Shown here in pieces: positions 45,439 through 54,572 of a stretch of DNA of 64,000 bases. Each line of letters opens with the position of its first letter. Position 1 is the stretch's first letter. Made by a program: the position numbers and the translations under genes. The DNA is from an uncultured Candidatus Saccharibacteria bacterium (GTDB lineage Bacteria > Patescibacteriota > Saccharimonadia > Saccharimonadales > JAGQNJ01). The notes under the pieces were generated by a model. It did no database searches. It saw nothing but the letters and a program-made list of their open reading frames with translations, and had not been told where the DNA came from. The DNA is taken from assembly GCA_964510945.1 (NCBI GenBank), contig CAZEED010000002.1, positions 80,924 to 144,923 on the forward strand, in the 5' to 3' direction.

Positions 45439-45987
45439 CTAGATTGGTTTGTCTTTCAATTTAAGAAGATAGCCTATATAGCCGGCTATTAAATGTAGGC
45501 TGAACCAAATTATTAGTATTAATAAATAGGTTCTTGCACTTAGCAGTACGATCGGCATTGATAGGATAATACCTCCGATAATGAAATCAATTTGATCATA
45601 TGGGAACCAGCTGTCTCCTGGCTTAACATGTGATCGGCGTTTGAAAAAACTCTCTACCGCATCGCCAAGCAGAGCACCTAAACCAAGTAGTCCACCAAGT
45701 ACTGTCATAGTTAGGGCTGGACTGTTTGACGCTATCCCAAGCTCGTTGATAAAGTCCGGATAAATTAAAAATTGTATGTAGGCAGTTAGTGCACCAAATA
45801 TCATGCCGAAGATTAAACCACGCCAGCGTTTGTTGTCACCAAAGATTCGTTTGCCGTTAAAACTTTTACCGAAGTCCATTGGTGTATTTAACCTATTGAT
45901 CCTTGGTATTTTGTTGGCCCAAGTGGGGGAGGCATTGGCAATACCAGCCGGAAGGAAAAACCAGATTACAAGCAGTAATTCATTCAT
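45439..45987 (-). CDS. CDP-archaeol synthase-like (CarS/DUF46 family) membrane protein
   Basis: FLPAGIANASPTWANKIP, GDNKRWRGLIFG, GDAVESFFKRR, WFPYDQIDFIIG match the CarS/DUF46 pattern from memory. 4-nt overlap with the upstream PHP gene. Confidence 0.65.
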   Translation of the reverse strand: MNELLLVIWFFLPAGIANASPTWANKIPRINRLNTPMDFGKSFNGKRIFGDNKRWRGLIFGMIFGALTAYIQFLIYPDFINELGIASNSPALTMTVLGGLLGLGALLGDAVESFFKRRSHVKPGDSWFPYDQIDFIIGGIILSMPIVLLSARTYLLILIIWFSLHLIAGYIGYLLKLKDKPI

Positions 45988-46649
45988 TTAGTTGTTCTCT
46001 TTCGTCTATCAAATTTTTGGCGCAAGCGATGGGCTTTGGGGTAGAGGAGGGTCTTTAGCGGAGGGCGACTCATTTTCATATGACCAAGATTAAGTTGTTG
46101 AATTAGATTATGTACTGTTGGCTCTACTTGGGCCAATGAGTAGGCTGTACCTAGGCCTTTTTGGCCGTGAGCATCGCTACTGGCGGCGGCAACTTTTTGA
46201 TTTACCCTAGCCCAGACGCTGGCTTCAGGGCCCTTGTTCTGCATCAGCGCACGCCCGTTATAGACTTCTACTATGTCTATATAATCTTTTATTGAATCGA
46301 GTAGGCTTTTTGGCAGGCCTTTTCTGACGGTTTCAAACGGGTGAGGAATGTACACCAGACCACCTTGTTTTTTAATCTGCTTGGCTGCCTGTTCGGCGTG
46401 TAACCCTGGTTTTATGGTCTCGGACAAGAATAGTCCAATGATTTCGCCCTCGCGACAGGTGATTTCTTCGCCAACAATTATTTTGTCACCAAGACTGGCT
46501 TTTAAGGCGCGAGCATTTTTGGTTGTGTTGTGGTCGGTAATGGCTACGAAATCTAGTAGTCCTTCACCGATTACATTAATGTATTGATCGATTGTAATTC
46601 CGCCGTCAGGGCTTGCCGTAGAATGTGTGTGAAGATCAACTTTATACAT
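45984..46649 (-). CDS. PHP-domain metal-dependent phosphoesterase
   Basis: MYKVDLHTHSTASPDG, VAITDHN, IPHPFE, SSDAHG. Confidence 0.8.
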   Translation of the reverse strand: MYKVDLHTHSTASPDGGITIDQYINVIGEGLLDFVAITDHNTTKNARALKASLGDKIIVGEEITCREGEIIGLFLSETIKPGLHAEQAAKQIKKQGGLVYIPHPFETVRKGLPKSLLDSIKDYIDIVEVYNGRALMQNKGPEASVWARVNQKVAAASSDAHGQKGLGTAYSLAQVEPTVHNLIQQLNLGHMKMSRPPLKTLLYPKAHRLRQKFDRRKRTTK

Positions 46650-46653
46650 ATTG

Positions 46654-47283
46654 TTATAGCTCGGGTAGCACTTTTATTAATCGCCAAAAAGCCGTTAGCC
46701 AAGTTGTTATTGCGAGAATAACGATTGCGCCAGACAAAAAGTTAAATACTAGTCCAATGACCAAAACGAACATCCGAACTTCGTAACGCATCAGTCCACC
46801 TTTGAATAATCGGTTGATTTGATTGGCCGATAGATCCTTATCTTTAACGGCGGTTTCTGCCTTGGCTTTAACATAACTAACTAGCAACGCCCCAGCGCAG
46901 ACGGCTACAGTCCAAACCGCAAAAATCTCTAAATTATTTTGAACAAAAAAGTAGGCAACCCCAATGTATAACAAGCTTTCTTTCATTCGATCAGTGCTGG
47001 CATCAAGCACCATCCCGCGAGGGCTATCAGTCTTTTGTAAACGTGCCAGCTCGCCGTCAAGAGTGTCGAACAACCCAAATATTACTAATAAAATTGCTGC
47101 CGGAATAAAGCTACCTATAGCGATTAGGTAGGCAATTGGTAAATGCGCAACTAGGCTGATATAGGTGATAGCAGAAGGGGATATTTTACCGCGACTGAGT
47201 TTATTTAATAGACCTGCTATGCCTCTCATTGGTTTTCGGACGGATCTACCGGCAAAGTCAATTATCGAATCCATGACAATCAT
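46654..47283 (-). CDS. CDP-alcohol phosphatidyltransferase family protein
   Basis: DTLDGELARL ... DASTDRMKE corresponds to D-x2-D-G-x2-A-R ... D-x3-D. Multi-TM. Confidence 0.85.
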   Translation of the reverse strand: MIVMDSIIDFAGRSVRKPMRGIAGLLNKLSRGKISPSAITYISLVAHLPIAYLIAIGSFIPAAILLVIFGLFDTLDGELARLQKTDSPRGMVLDASTDRMKESLLYIGVAYFFVQNNLEIFAVWTVAVCAGALLVSYVKAKAETAVKDKDLSANQINRLFKGGLMRYEVRMFVLVIGLVFNFLSGAIVILAITTWLTAFWRLIKVLPEL

Positions 47284-47327
47284 TATAACCTGTAAGTGTA
47301 TAAAAAACCGAGTATACTAGTTAACAT

Positions 47328-48011
47328 ATGAGTGAGAGAAAAAGAGTCCCTTTCACGATGCAGGTTTTATTAACGTTGCTGGCCTCGTCGGCGATTAGTC
47401 TGGTGCTTTTAGGTATTAGAGTCTTGGTATCAGGCAAATTTAGCTTTTGGTTCTTATCTTGGAATTTGGTTTTAGCTTGGGTCCCCTTAATCTTTGCATT
47501 AGCTCTTCGTATCCGACTATTTAAACATCCGTTTTTAACATGGCAATCTATGGGATTGTTCATCTTGTGGCTAGGATTCTTGCCGAATAGCTTTTATTTA
47601 ATGAGTGACCTTATACATCTGCAAAGTTCTGGCGACACAGTCATCTTGTTCGATATTGCTATGGTAATGAGCTTTATTATTAACGGCTTAATACTGGGCT
47701 ATATGAGTGTATATATTGTCCATTCGTTACTACGACCACGGATGAGTAGATATCAATCGTGGTTTGTTATTCAACTGGTCTTTTTAGCGTCTAGTTTTGC
47801 TATTTATTTGGGTAGGTATTTACGGTGGAACACTTGGGATCTTTTATTTAATCCGTTTGGACTAATATTCGATATATCAGAACGCATTATTAACCCGGTG
47901 CTTCACATACAAACGTATATTGTTACCTTCACCTTTTTTATAGTACTTAGCGCAACCTATACAATTGTCTATCAACTAGCTCATGTATTGAGCGGGGAAG
48001 TAAAAAGTTAA
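47328..48011 (+). CDS. DUF1361-like integral membrane protein
   Basis: WNLVLAWVPLIFAL and GFLPNSFYLMSDLIHL resemble the DUF1361 signature. Confidence 0.6.
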   Translation: MSERKRVPFTMQVLLTLLASSAISLVLLGIRVLVSGKFSFWFLSWNLVLAWVPLIFALALRIRLFKHPFLTWQSMGLFILWLGFLPNSFYLMSDLIHLQSSGDTVILFDIAMVMSFIINGLILGYMSVYIVHSLLRPRMSRYQSWFVIQLVFLASSFAIYLGRYLRWNTWDLLFNPFGLIFDISERIINPVLHIQTYIVTFTFFIVLSATYTIVYQLAHVLSGEVKS

Positions 48012-48032
48012 TCTGATATACTGACATCTGTT

Positions 48033-49700
48033 ATGCAGGAGATTAGAGAATTATTCAAAACTGGAGTCAAAGAAGCATTTGGTGTTGAGATTGATTTTGA
48101 TTTATCTATTCCAGAAGAAAAATTTGGTGACTTTTCTAGCAATATCGCCCTAATACTAGCAAAAAAGCTAAATTTAAAACCACATCAGGTCGCTGAAAAA
48201 ATAATCGAAACACTTCCAAATAACAGCATTATAAATAAAATCGATATTGCTGGCCCAGGGTTTATCAACATTACTATAGCTGACGATGTGTTATTTGATT
48301 TAGCAAACAAAGCAACGACAATAAAGCCCCAAACCTACAAGGATGAGGTGGTAGTAGCCGAGTATTCTGACCCCAATCCTTTTAAGGTACTACATGCTGG
48401 GCACGTATATACAACGGTGGTAGGCGATGGCATTGCGACATTATTCGAAATAGCTGGCGCAAAAGTACATCGAGTTAATTTTGGTGGTGATGTTGGTCGT
48501 CACGTTGCTATTACCTTGTGGGTAATTTTACAAAAGCTCGGTGGCGAAAATCCTGAAAAACTTAATAATATCCCAGCAAAAGATAGAACACAGTGGCTAG
48601 CAGATTGTTATGTTGAAGGGAATAATATTTTCGAGACTGATGAATATATTAAAACAGAAATGATAGCGTTAAATAAACGAATATATAAAATCCATGCAGA
48701 TAATGACCATGAAAGTAATTTTGCCAAGATTTATTGGTTAGCTCGCCAGTGGAGCTATGAGGCTTTTGATGCTTTCTATGCACGACTCGGTGCAAAAATG
48801 GAAAAATACTATCCAGAAAGTGAAGTTGCTGATCTTGGGATAGCAAAAGTTAATGAACAACTAGCAAAGGGCGTTTTTGAAAAATCTGATGGTGCAGTTA
48901 TCTTTCCTGGCGAAAAATATGATCTTCACACAAGGGTTTTTATTAATTCCGAAGGCTTGCCAACCTATGAAGCTAAAGACATTGGTGTAGTACTACAAAA
49001 ATACGAAGATTATCATTTCGATAGATCAGTGATTGTTACAGACAACGAACAGCAACAGTACATGTCAGTAATTATAAAGGCGATTGAACAGTTTGCCCCA
49101 AAACTCGCGGCGGCTACAACTTATATTCCTCACGGAAAAGTAAAACTGGCTGGTGGAGTAAAAATGAGTTCACGTAAAGGAAATATCATTAAAGCTAGCG
49201 ATGTTTTAGATGTGACCGCACAGGCTCTGCTTGAATCAGATCGTAATCCTGAAGATGAAGTGGTTTTAGCAGCTGTAAAATATGCATTTTTGAAATATAG
49301 AATCGGGGGTGACATCATCTACGATCCAAAAGAGTCAGTTAGTTTACAGGGTAACAGCGGGCCGTACCTTCAGTATGCACATGCAAGGGCGTGTTCAATT
49401 TTGGCAAAAGTAAAAAATACTCCGCCGACTGAACACAATTTTGAATCTATGGAACGTAGTTTGGCGAGAAAAATTGGCGAATACCCAGAGGTAGTTGACA
49501 AGGCTGTAACTGACTTGATGCCACACCATATTGCAGTGTACCTATACGAATTAGCCCAAGCTTTTAATCGTTTTTATGAAAAAAACCGAGTTGTTGACGA
49601 TAAGCGGGAGTCAATTAGGGTGCAATTAGTAAAGGCATATAGAGATACTTTAGCTGACGGATTGTCTATTCTGAAGATTAAAGCCCCAGAGAAAATGTAA
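48033..49700 (+). CDS. argS: Arginine--tRNA ligase
   Basis: SDPNPFKVLHAGHV (HIGH), KMSSRKGN, C-terminal anticodon-binding helix bundle. Confidence 0.95.
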   Translation: MQEIRELFKTGVKEAFGVEIDFDLSIPEEKFGDFSSNIALILAKKLNLKPHQVAEKIIETLPNNSIINKIDIAGPGFINITIADDVLFDLANKATTIKPQTYKDEVVVAEYSDPNPFKVLHAGHVYTTVVGDGIATLFEIAGAKVHRVNFGGDVGRHVAITLWVILQKLGGENPEKLNNIPAKDRTQWLADCYVEGNNIFETDEYIKTEMIALNKRIYKIHADNDHESNFAKIYWLARQWSYEAFDAFYARLGAKMEKYYPESEVADLGIAKVNEQLAKGVFEKSDGAVIFPGEKYDLHTRVFINSEGLPTYEAKDIGVVLQKYEDYHFDRSVIVTDNEQQQYMSVIIKAIEQFAPKLAAATTYIPHGKVKLAGGVKMSSRKGNIIKASDVLDVTAQALLESDRNPEDEVVLAAVKYAFLKYRIGGDIIYDPKESVSLQGNSGPYLQYAHARACSILAKVKNTPPTEHNFESMERSLARKIGEYPEVVDKAVTDLMPHHIAVYLYELAQAFNRFYEKNRVVDDKRESIRVQLVKAYRDTLADGLSILKIKAPEKM

Positions 49701-50884
49701 TGTTAGATACAACCACAGAGATCATAACCCGCGTAGCTAAAAAAATTGGCTTATCCGCAGTAGAAACAAAAGAATTGCTTGAAGTCGATGCAATTCATGA
49801 GTTTGAGATTGCTCTCGGAGATACAAAGCTCAAAGCCTTTAGATCTCAGCACAATAACAAGTTGGGTCCCTACAAAGGTGGAATCAGATTCCATGAGTCA
49901 GTTGATCGCGATGAAGTCCATGCCTTATCAATCTTAATGTCACTAAAAACTGCAGCTGTTGGTCTTCCACTTGGTGGTGGCAAGGGTGGAATTGCTGTTG
50001 ATCCGCGCAAATTGAGTATTGATGAATTAGAAAATATTTCGCGTGATTTTGTACGTCATCTGCATCAACATATTGGTCCAGAAAAAGATATTCCAGCGCC
50101 TGATGTTAATACAAATTCGATGATTATTGATTGGATGGTCGACGAGTTCTCTGATATTACCGGCGATAAATCAAAGGCCAGCTTCACGGGAAAGAGCTTA
50201 AATAACGGGGGAAGTTTAGGTAGGGAAGCCGCCACTGGACAGGGGGGTGTGTATTGCCTAGAAGAATATCTAGCGCAGACTAAAAATAATAAAAAGTTAA
50301 AAATTGCCGTGCAGGGGTTTGGTAACGTAGGATCATTTTTTGCAAAAATTGCCTCAGATAATCCTAGCTGGCGAGTAGTTGCTGTAAGTGATTCTAGTGC
50401 AACGGTTATTGATGACAATGGTCTTGATCTCAATAAATTAATCGAATTTAAAAAAAGAGATCAATTAAAAAACTGTGACTTTGCTCGGACCGATAGTGTT
50501 GAAAAGATTTTTTCACTCGATGTTGATATTTTAGTGCTTGCGGCACTCGATAACGCCGTCAATGACTCAAATAAGCACACGATTAAATCTAGTACTTTAT
50601 TAGAGCTTGCCAATAGCCCGATAGATACAAGAGCTGAAGAATATTTATTAGGAAAAAATAAGGTTATTATTCCGGATATTATTGCTAATTCTGGAGGGGT
50701 AATTGTAAGTTTTCTAGAGTGGATGCAAAATAAGCAAGGACATAGTTGGACAGAGGTTGAGGTTAACGCTAGATTAAAGAAATTTATGATAACCGCTACA
50801 GATAATGTGATTAATGTTTCAAAGCAGAAGAACTTATCTTTAAAAGAAGCGGCAATTGCTCTGGCTCTAGAACGTCTCGTCTAA
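49700..50884 (+). CDS. Glu/Leu/Phe/Val dehydrogenase family (glutamate dehydrogenase-like)
   Basis: GPYKGGIRFH, GLPLGGGKGG, Rossmann motif VQGFGNVGS. Confidence 0.9.
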   Translation: MLDTTTEIITRVAKKIGLSAVETKELLEVDAIHEFEIALGDTKLKAFRSQHNNKLGPYKGGIRFHESVDRDEVHALSILMSLKTAAVGLPLGGGKGGIAVDPRKLSIDELENISRDFVRHLHQHIGPEKDIPAPDVNTNSMIIDWMVDEFSDITGDKSKASFTGKSLNNGGSLGREAATGQGGVYCLEEYLAQTKNNKKLKIAVQGFGNVGSFFAKIASDNPSWRVVAVSDSSATVIDDNGLDLNKLIEFKKRDQLKNCDFARTDSVEKIFSLDVDILVLAALDNAVNDSNKHTIKSSTLLELANSPIDTRAEEYLLGKNKVIIPDIIANSGGVIVSFLEWMQNKQGHSWTEVEVNARLKKFMITATDNVINVSKQKNLSLKEAAIALALERLV

Positions 50885-50927
50885 CTAGGTGTATAATTTA
50901 ACTATTCAATAATAAGGAGAGCAGAAT

Positions 50928-51353
50928 ATGCAGGTACTACTAGATTACATAAACGAACTTAATTGGCTAGCTGTTGTGGTGGCGTCAATGGCTGCTTTTG
51001 CCTCGGGGGCCGTTTGGTATGCCGAGCCAGTGTTTGGAAAAATTTGGATGAAAATGGTTGGTTTGACGCGTAAGGATACCGAAAAAGGCAATATGCCAAA
51101 AACTATGGGCTTATCTTTCTTGGCAACAATAGTCTCGGCGATGGCAATTGGTGTTTTAGTTCAAGTTTTGGATCTATCTACTGCGCTTCAAGGTGCATCA
51201 CTTGGTATTATGGTGGCTGTCGGAATACTAGCGACTAATAAATTGATGATGGCTCAATTTGAAATGCGTCCACTGGGCTATTCTGTCCTAACCTTGGGCG
51301 GTGATGTAGTGGCTCTGGGGATTATGGGTGCAATCCTAGCTGTCTGGCAATAG
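50928..51353 (+). CDS. DUF1761-like membrane protein
   Basis: 141 aa, 4 TM, GAVWYAEPVFGKIWMKMVG. Confidence 0.5.
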   Translation: MQVLLDYINELNWLAVVVASMAAFASGAVWYAEPVFGKIWMKMVGLTRKDTEKGNMPKTMGLSFLATIVSAMAIGVLVQVLDLSTALQGASLGIMVAVGILATNKLMMAQFEMRPLGYSVLTLGGDVVALGIMGAILAVWQ

Positions 51354-51357
51354 AATT

Positions 51358-51747
51358 ATGGACAATATCAAATCCCAAAAGCCAAGAAGATCAGTTGCTA
51401 CTAAGGCGCGTGCTAAAAGCAAAGCCGAATTTAGTGGATTTGTAGAGTTTTTGCGCACTCAAGGAGTGGTTGGATTAGCCATCGGTTTTATTATTGGTAC
51501 GCAAGCCAAAGTACTTGTCGATACCCTAAACGCTAGTTTTATTAACCCTTTGCTTGGTCTAATGCTTGGGAGTGGAGCAAATCTTAGTGCTCAAAAGTTC
51601 ACATTAACAATTGGTAGCAATAAGGCAGTTTTTGCTTGGGGACAATTTGTGTTTGTGCTAATCAATTTCATAATTACGGCAGTGATTATTTATATTGCGT
51701 ATAGGTGGCTTCGACTAGATAAGCTCGAAAAAGAAAAGAAAAAATAG
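51358..51747 (+). CDS. mscL: Large-conductance mechanosensitive channel MscL
   Basis: FVEFLRTQGVVGLAIGFIIGTQAKVLVDTLNASFINPLLG. Confidence 0.85.
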   Translation: MDNIKSQKPRRSVATKARAKSKAEFSGFVEFLRTQGVVGLAIGFIIGTQAKVLVDTLNASFINPLLGLMLGSGANLSAQKFTLTIGSNKAVFAWGQFVFVLINFIITAVIIYIAYRWLRLDKLEKEKKK

Positions 51748-51767
51748 ACCCCCGATTTTTAGAAAAT

Positions 51768-52775
51768 TTATTTTGAAGGAAGCTTAATCTTAAATATGGT
51801 ACCTACGCCGATTTCTGAACTGGCTGAAATGCTACCGTGATGTAAATCAACAATTTGTTTAGCAATCGATAAGCCTAGCCCATGTCCGTTGGATTTAGTT
51901 TTGTTTCTGGATATATCCCCTCGGTAAAATCTTTCAAAAATATGGGGCAGATCACTCGATTTTATCCCTTGTCCCTTGTCTGTTACGAAAATTTCGACTT
52001 GATTTCGCTGTTTTTTCGCCTCACATTTAATCATGGCTTTGTCGTTCGAATATTTTATTGCATTGTCAAAAAGTATTACAAACAGATTGATTAAATTTTC
52101 AATTTCTCCTAACACTAAGATGTCTTTACTTACTAAATTGACTATTTCAAATTCTGAATTTGGTTCTCTTTTTGATACGCGCTTTTCAGCTTGCGTTACT
52201 ACTTTTTGTAGATTTATTGGATGCAGTTGTGGGCTTTTTTGACTTTCTCTAGCTAGGTTAAGTAGCGAATCAGTCAGTATAGTCAGGTCATTTAATTCTT
52301 CTAGATTACTGCCCAAAATTTCTTTTAATTGTGGTTGAGTCAGATTTTTGTTTCTTAGAGCTACTTCAATTTCTGTTTGCATTGTGGCTAGAGGTGTTCT
52401 TAGTTCGTGGCTGGCATCTGCGGTAAATCTTTTTTGGGACTCAAGGGCTTTTTCGATTGGATCAAGAGTTCTCTTGGCTAACAAATAGCTTCCTAATCCG
52501 CCGATTGCTAAAATTGCCATATTTGCTACCAGTAGTCTCGAGACAATTCGGGCTTGGCCTAGGCTCAGAACATCCTCTAATTCATTTTCGATTTCGCCTT
52601 CCTCGTCAGTTATTCTTCTTGGTCGAGCTATGTTTAGCCGTTTTTGTTGCGCACGAAGTCCTCGTTCTAACTCTTTGGTCGAAATATCGTATAGATTAAG
52701 ACTAAAATAGACGCAAATCACTGCAATTATTGCCACGTAGAGCAAAGTTAGCTTTACTACCGCTGATTTAAACAC
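51768..52775 (-). CDS. Sensor histidine kinase (two TM helices, HisKA + HATPase_c)
   Basis: H-box FTADASHELRTPLA, N-box LFDNAIKY, G-boxes DKGQGI and GHGLGLSIAKQIV. Confidence 0.9.
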   Translation of the reverse strand: MFKSAVVKLTLLYVAIIAVICVYFSLNLYDISTKELERGLRAQQKRLNIARPRRITDEEGEIENELEDVLSLGQARIVSRLLVANMAILAIGGLGSYLLAKRTLDPIEKALESQKRFTADASHELRTPLATMQTEIEVALRNKNLTQPQLKEILGSNLEELNDLTILTDSLLNLARESQKSPQLHPINLQKVVTQAEKRVSKREPNSEFEIVNLVSKDILVLGEIENLINLFVILFDNAIKYSNDKAMIKCEAKKQRNQVEIFVTDKGQGIKSSDLPHIFERFYRGDISRNKTKSNGHGLGLSIAKQIVDLHHGSISASSEIGVGTIFKIKLPSK

Positions 52776-53453
52776 TTACGCTCCTCCTAACATGTATCCA
52801 AATCCACGTTTGGTATTAATTAATGAAGGTTTGTCAGGGAAGGGCTTATCGATTTTATTCCTTAGGTATCCAATAAATACCTCGACGTTATTGGGTAAGA
52901 TATCTGATTCAAAACTCCACACATGTTCAATAATTTGTTCTTTACTGTGTGGCTCTTCGGGATTTCGCATCAAATATTCTAGTAAGGCAAATTCCTTGTT
53001 TGTTAGGTCAATTGATATCGACCCGCGGGTAACTTTGAAGGCTTTGATATCCAGCGATAAATCCTTGTATTTCAAAACATTAGATTTTGTATTCTCGGGG
53101 CGTCGAAGTAATGCTCGGACCCGAGCCAGCAACTCGTCGAAAGAAAATGGCTTTACTAAATAATCATCAGCTCCAACATCGAGTCCTTCAATTCTGTCGC
53201 TTATCGAATCTTTAGCCGTTAAAAAAATGATGGGAGTCTGTATTTTTTTGGACCTTATCTTCTTAACGATCTCAATACCGGACAGATCTGGAAGCATGCG
53301 ATCTAGAATTAAGAGATCATATTTTATTGATAAAGCCATATTTAGACCTTCCATGCCGTTAAACGATACATCAACCGCATAATTTTCTTGTTTTAACCCT
53401 TTTTGAAGTGCAAGGGCTAGCTTTTCCTTGTCTTCGACAACCAATAATCGCAT
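52776..53453 (-). CDS. OmpR/PhoB-family response regulator
   Basis: Receiver domain (LLILDRMLPDLSG, KPF) plus a winged-helix C-terminus (LTNKEFALLEYL ... RGFGY). Confidence 0.9.
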   Translation of the reverse strand: MRLLVVEDKEKLALALQKGLKQENYAVDVSFNGMEGLNMALSIKYDLLILDRMLPDLSGIEIVKKIRSKKIQTPIIFLTAKDSISDRIEGLDVGADDYLVKPFSFDELLARVRALLRRPENTKSNVLKYKDLSLDIKAFKVTRGSISIDLTNKEFALLEYLMRNPEEPHSKEQIIEHVWSFESDILPNNVEVFIGYLRNKIDKPFPDKPSLINTKRGFGYMLGGA

Positions 53454-53470
53454 ATGCTCATTATAGGGGA

Positions 53471-53492
53471 AATTAGCTGAAAATTAGCTGAA
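53471..53492 (-). promoter_or_regulatory. Tandem 11-bp direct repeat (TTCAGCTAATT x2 on the minus strand) at the -35 position of the response-regulator promoter
   Basis: The minus strand reads TTCAGCTAATT TTCAGCTAATT tcccc TATAAT gagcat ATG. An 11-bp periodicity of direct repeats is typical of OmpR/PhoB boxes. Confidence 0.5.
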
Positions 53493-53493
53493 T

Positions 53494-53535
53494 AAAAAAC
53501 CTTGCGCATCACGAGGGATAGCGCAAGGTTTTTTG
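53494..53535. terminator. Bidirectional rho-independent terminator (ends the 53574-54074 gene)
   Basis: 9-bp stem ACCTTGCGC/GCGCAAGGT with a 13-nt loop, flanked by an A-run and a T-run. Confidence 0.8.
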
Positions 53536-53573
53536 GGTAGAACGTTAACAGGAAGGGTAGGTACTGCTAATGT

Positions 53574-54074
53574 CTAGCTGTTGGATTGGTCGTCAGGATC
53601 ATGCATTGGTCCGTGTTCACCAAATTCAGGACCGTGATGTCGTCCACGTCCAGGCATTGTCCATTTGTTGTGTATTCCGTTTTCTTTTGCCCATGCCTCC
53701 ATTTCTTTTTTATGATTATCTAAGGCAGTTTTTCTCTCTGCTGGACTCATATCCTTTAGTGATTCAAAAAAGGCTTTATTCTCATCTATTTTTGCCAGAA
53801 TTTTTGCCTTCTGATCCTCTGTTAATTTGCCATTTTGCACAGCCTTGGTTAGCCTGTTTTCTAATTTAGCTTTCCTCTCTTGCTGGTGCTCTGCTCGGTT
53901 TTCATCGAAAACACTCTGAACATCATCTTTGTTCAAGTTAAAGCGTGATGCAATTTTTGAGACAATATCGTCCTTATTAGGATTTTGTGCAGCCGAAACT
54001 GCTCCAATTCCCAGTGTTGATACGGCGATTGCTATCAGCGATCCCCCTAGTATTAAGTTTCTTTTTATTGCCAT
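53574..54074 (-). CDS. Exported helical protein (CpxP/Spy-like or DUF2680-like candidate) upstream of the two-component system
   Basis: Signal peptide MAIKRNLILGGSLIAIAVSTLGIGAVSA. K/E/D-rich helical repeats and a His-rich C-terminus. Confidence 0.45.
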   Translation of the reverse strand: MAIKRNLILGGSLIAIAVSTLGIGAVSAAQNPNKDDIVSKIASRFNLNKDDVQSVFDENRAEHQQERKAKLENRLTKAVQNGKLTEDQKAKILAKIDENKAFFESLKDMSPAERKTALDNHKKEMEAWAKENGIHNKWTMPGRGRHHGPEFGEHGPMHDPDDQSNS

Positions 54075-54183
54075 TTATTCAACCTTTCTGTGCAAGTAAA
54101 TGTGCACGTTTAATTAATGGTACCTATAAAGATACTCGCTAAAACTTAGAAAAAGCTTAAAAAGCGAATATAATGTTTTGTTA

Positions 54184-54570
54184 ATGGACGAGAAGGAATT
54201 AAAGACTAAATTAACTAAACAACAATATGAGGTCTTAAGAGAGAAAGCCACAGAAGCACCATTTAGTGGTAAGTTGCTTCATAACAATAAGTCAGGTAGC
54301 TATTTGTGTGCTGCATGTGGGGCAGAATTATTTGATTCAAAAACGAAGTTTGATTCTGGCAGTGGATGGCCAAGTTTTTATGACGTAAAAAAGTCTGAAA
54401 TAGTTAATTTGGATCAAGATAAAAGTCTAGGTATTAATCGAGTTGAGGTGACATGTGCAAAATGTGGCTCACATCTTGGACACTTGTTTGACGATGCACC
54501 TCAGACCCCGACAGGCAAGAGGTACTGTATTAATTCTTGTGCTCTGGATTTTAAGCCAGATAGTAGATAA
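54184..54570 (+). CDS. msrB: Peptide-methionine (R)-S-oxide reductase MsrB
   Basis: CAACGAELF, GSGWPSF, CAKCGSHLGH, RYCINS. ATG at 54184 preferred over the track TTG at 54178. Confidence 0.9.
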   Translation: MDEKELKTKLTKQQYEVLREKATEAPFSGKLLHNNKSGSYLCAACGAELFDSKTKFDSGSGWPSFYDVKKSEIVNLDQDKSLGINRVEVTCAKCGSHLGHLFDDAPQTPTGKRYCINSCALDFKPDSR

Positions 54571-54572
54571 GC

